From positions 235,166,001 through 235,230,000 of the forward strand of contig OZ024743.1 of NCBI GenBank assembly GCA_964016885.1: a DNA stretch of 64,000 nucleotides. The letters are read 5' to 3'. How positions within the stretch are numbered: position 1 is the stretch's first letter; each line of letters starts with the position of its first letter. The position numbers were made by a program, and so were the translations under genes. This document shows, piece after piece, positions 61,746 to 64,000 of the stretch. Source of the DNA: Eledone cirrhosa (Eukaryota). The notes beneath the pieces are model-generated. The model worked only from the letters and a program-made list of their open reading frames with translations. It made no database searches and was not told where the DNA came from.

Positions 61746-62345
61746 AATTTAGTTCTTTAAAACAAAAACAAAAACTGTCAAACCATCGTATTGTACATCT
61801 TTGTAATACACAACTATTTACTAAAAAATTCTATTGATCTAACAGAAATGTGAATGAGATTTTCCAATATTTTTTTTTTTAATGTGGCGAATTGGCAGAG
61901 TCGTTAAGGTGGTGGATTAAATATGCGCTGAGTTCAAAATACCACCGAGGTCGACTTTGCATCCTTTCTATGTCGATAAATAAAATAGTAGTCAACTGTT
62001 CCTTTCTTTCTCAGAAAGAAATCGTAGAAGGATCAGCTCCACCAGGTTTTAAATGCCCAAGATACGCACGCAGTATATTATAACGTCACCCCCTACGACT
62101 CTATCAAGAGATAACGGCGTTTTACTGTTTCATGCTGTGGTTTGGAGGAGATATTACAGTTATTTCTAGTAGCTTAAGCAACTACAAAGGCTCCAACTGG
62201 ATGGAAAGGCAGTGTATAATGTTGTCATTATCCACGTAACACCTAAATGGAGTCATAGGGGTGTCACATACAGTGAGTCTTGAGCATTTAAATCCTAGTG
62301 GAACCTATTTCTCTCCGGGTTTGACCACAATTGATTTCTTCCAGA

Positions 62346-62921
62346 GGCACTACCATGCTATTAGCTGTCAGAAGTGAGAGTTTCGTCAACCTTCTCAATC
62401 GTAAACATCGTTTATTTCCGTATTACCACGACTTCTGACAGCTAATACCATGAACTTAAATGAATTTTCGCCAACAGTGGAGTTACTTCTGACAGCTAAT
62501 ACCATGAACTATATTTTCATAGTCATGGTTATCAATGTAGAAAACAAGTCATTTTCACCAACAGTGGAGTTAACTTAAATGAAAATATAGGTGGTCCTTA
62601 AAAGGGCCAAATTAGAAAACAAATATATGGATATCAAATTTTTTTCACCAACCCTATACATGAAATTGATAACCATGACTATGAAAATATAAATGATTAA
62701 ATCCAATTTATTTGATAACCATGACTTGTTTTCTAATTAACTTAAATTTGTTTTCTAATTTTGCCCTTTTAAGGGCCACCTATATTTTCATTTAAGTAAC
62801 ACCACTTACATCGATATGCTTTTTATTAAAATAACGCGTGGTAATACGGAAATAAACGATGTTTACGATTGAGAAGGTTGACGAAACTTTCACTTCTGAC
62901 AGCTAATAGCATGGTAGTGCC
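62346..62921. mobile_element. MITE with 85-bp TIRs, GG termini and 8-bp TSD (Merlin-like), inserted in a SINE tail
   Basis: GGCACTACCATGCTATTAGCTGTCAGAAGTG..TACCACG mirrored at about 62837-62921; TSD CTTCCAGA / TTTCCAGA. Confidence 0.8.
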
Positions 62922-63854
62922 TTTCCAGAAAAGAGAGAGTGAAAAAGAGATATAGAAGAAGAACGAAAGGCAAAATTGGCCCTGGCGGTATTTGAACTCA
63001 GAACGCAGAAAGCCGGAACGAATACCACGAAGCGTTCTTTCCGACGCCTTAACAGCTCTGTCAATTCGCTTTAAGGGCCGTATTACTTGCTGAGTTTTCT
63101 CGGAAGACATTATGCTGCCCATCACCCCTGAGAGTTTCTTACAACTCTAATTTCTTACAGAGCTAACTGTTGATTGTTGACAGTATTGCTATTACTTAGT
63201 TTAGCCATGTGCTAATAATTATTATTATCGCTTACTTTAGTCTTTACTTCCGGCAGTTATAACATGCATTTTTACGTTTTGGTTGTTGTTAACTTATATG
63301 TATAAATAATTATTCATGGGTATTATATATAATGTGTGTTATTCTTATTTTTGTTTCGACACATTCTTCTTTGATTCAGCAAACTTATGACCAAAAGGCA
63401 TTCCATTTTCTCTTGACAGTTTAGCTATTTTCGGAAATACAAGCTGATATCTTATTGTCAGGGTTAACCAATGATTTCTTCCTGTTTTTAAAAGCAATAG
63501 GGTGCGATTTGTGGGAGAAATGACTGCTATTACTAACAGGTCGATTAACTATATAGCTGCTTTCTCGTTGGCCCGTTGAGTCATAAGTTGACATTTAAGG
63601 AGATTTGGAAGATAAGACTTCGGCGAATCAGAAATATTGAGGTAAGATCTATTATCTGATGTATTTAACAGAGAGAGAGTTGCTCTGTTTAGTAATTTAA
63701 CTAGAGTTAATTGTTTCAATGATGTGTTGTGTGTAGAGACGTTAATTATTGTTAAGTCAGTTTACGTTAGGGAATGCAGTGTCATTGATGATGAAATGTA
63801 AATGATGTGTAGGCATGAAATACCTGAAAAAGCTTTATTTGGAGATTTGTTTCT

Positions 63855-63900
63855 GCCGCCATTTCTGTTGTTATTTTTTAGTCAACTGACGCATGCGCAT
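63855..63900. promoter_or_regulatory. Candidate housekeeping-type promoter motifs
   Basis: YY1-like GCCGCCATTT at 63855 and NRF1-like CGCATGCGCA at 63890 in a locally CpG-retaining patch. Confidence 0.4.
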
Positions 63901-64000
63901 CGTGGCAGATATTCCCTCGTTTTCAAATGGAGACGCAGTTGGTTGAATGGTGAAAGAGTTCGCTTAGTAATCATTTGGTCTCGAATTCGATCCACAGCAT

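Overview
AT-rich, repeat-dense animal DNA. The SINE/LINE families and the cluster of single-coding-exon C2H2 zinc-finger genes point to an octopus or other coleoid cephalopod (inference, not database-checked). Host genes: one intact 8-finger C2H2-ZNF (24042-24782, -), three decayed ZNF paralogues and two orphan paralogous exons. Most of the rest is mobile DNA: CRE-clade RLE LINEs, two RTE families (one with a PHD-like finger inside the RT), CR1, tRNA-derived SINEs, a mariner remnant, MITEs, a solo LTR and minisatellites. The main hidden signal is non-coding. A 428/429-bp tandem repeat (10675-11626) carries a type I short-stem-III hammerhead ribozyme in every unit, and the array ends almost exactly at the third predicted self-cleavage site. 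This is a candidate non-LTR retrozyme / circular-RNA retroelement. Several other unrelated hammerhead families occur, three of them in inverted (palindromic) arrangements, including a perfect 368-bp palindrome. Some share a non-canonical core. All folds and alignments were done by eye; boundaries of old repeats are approximate.
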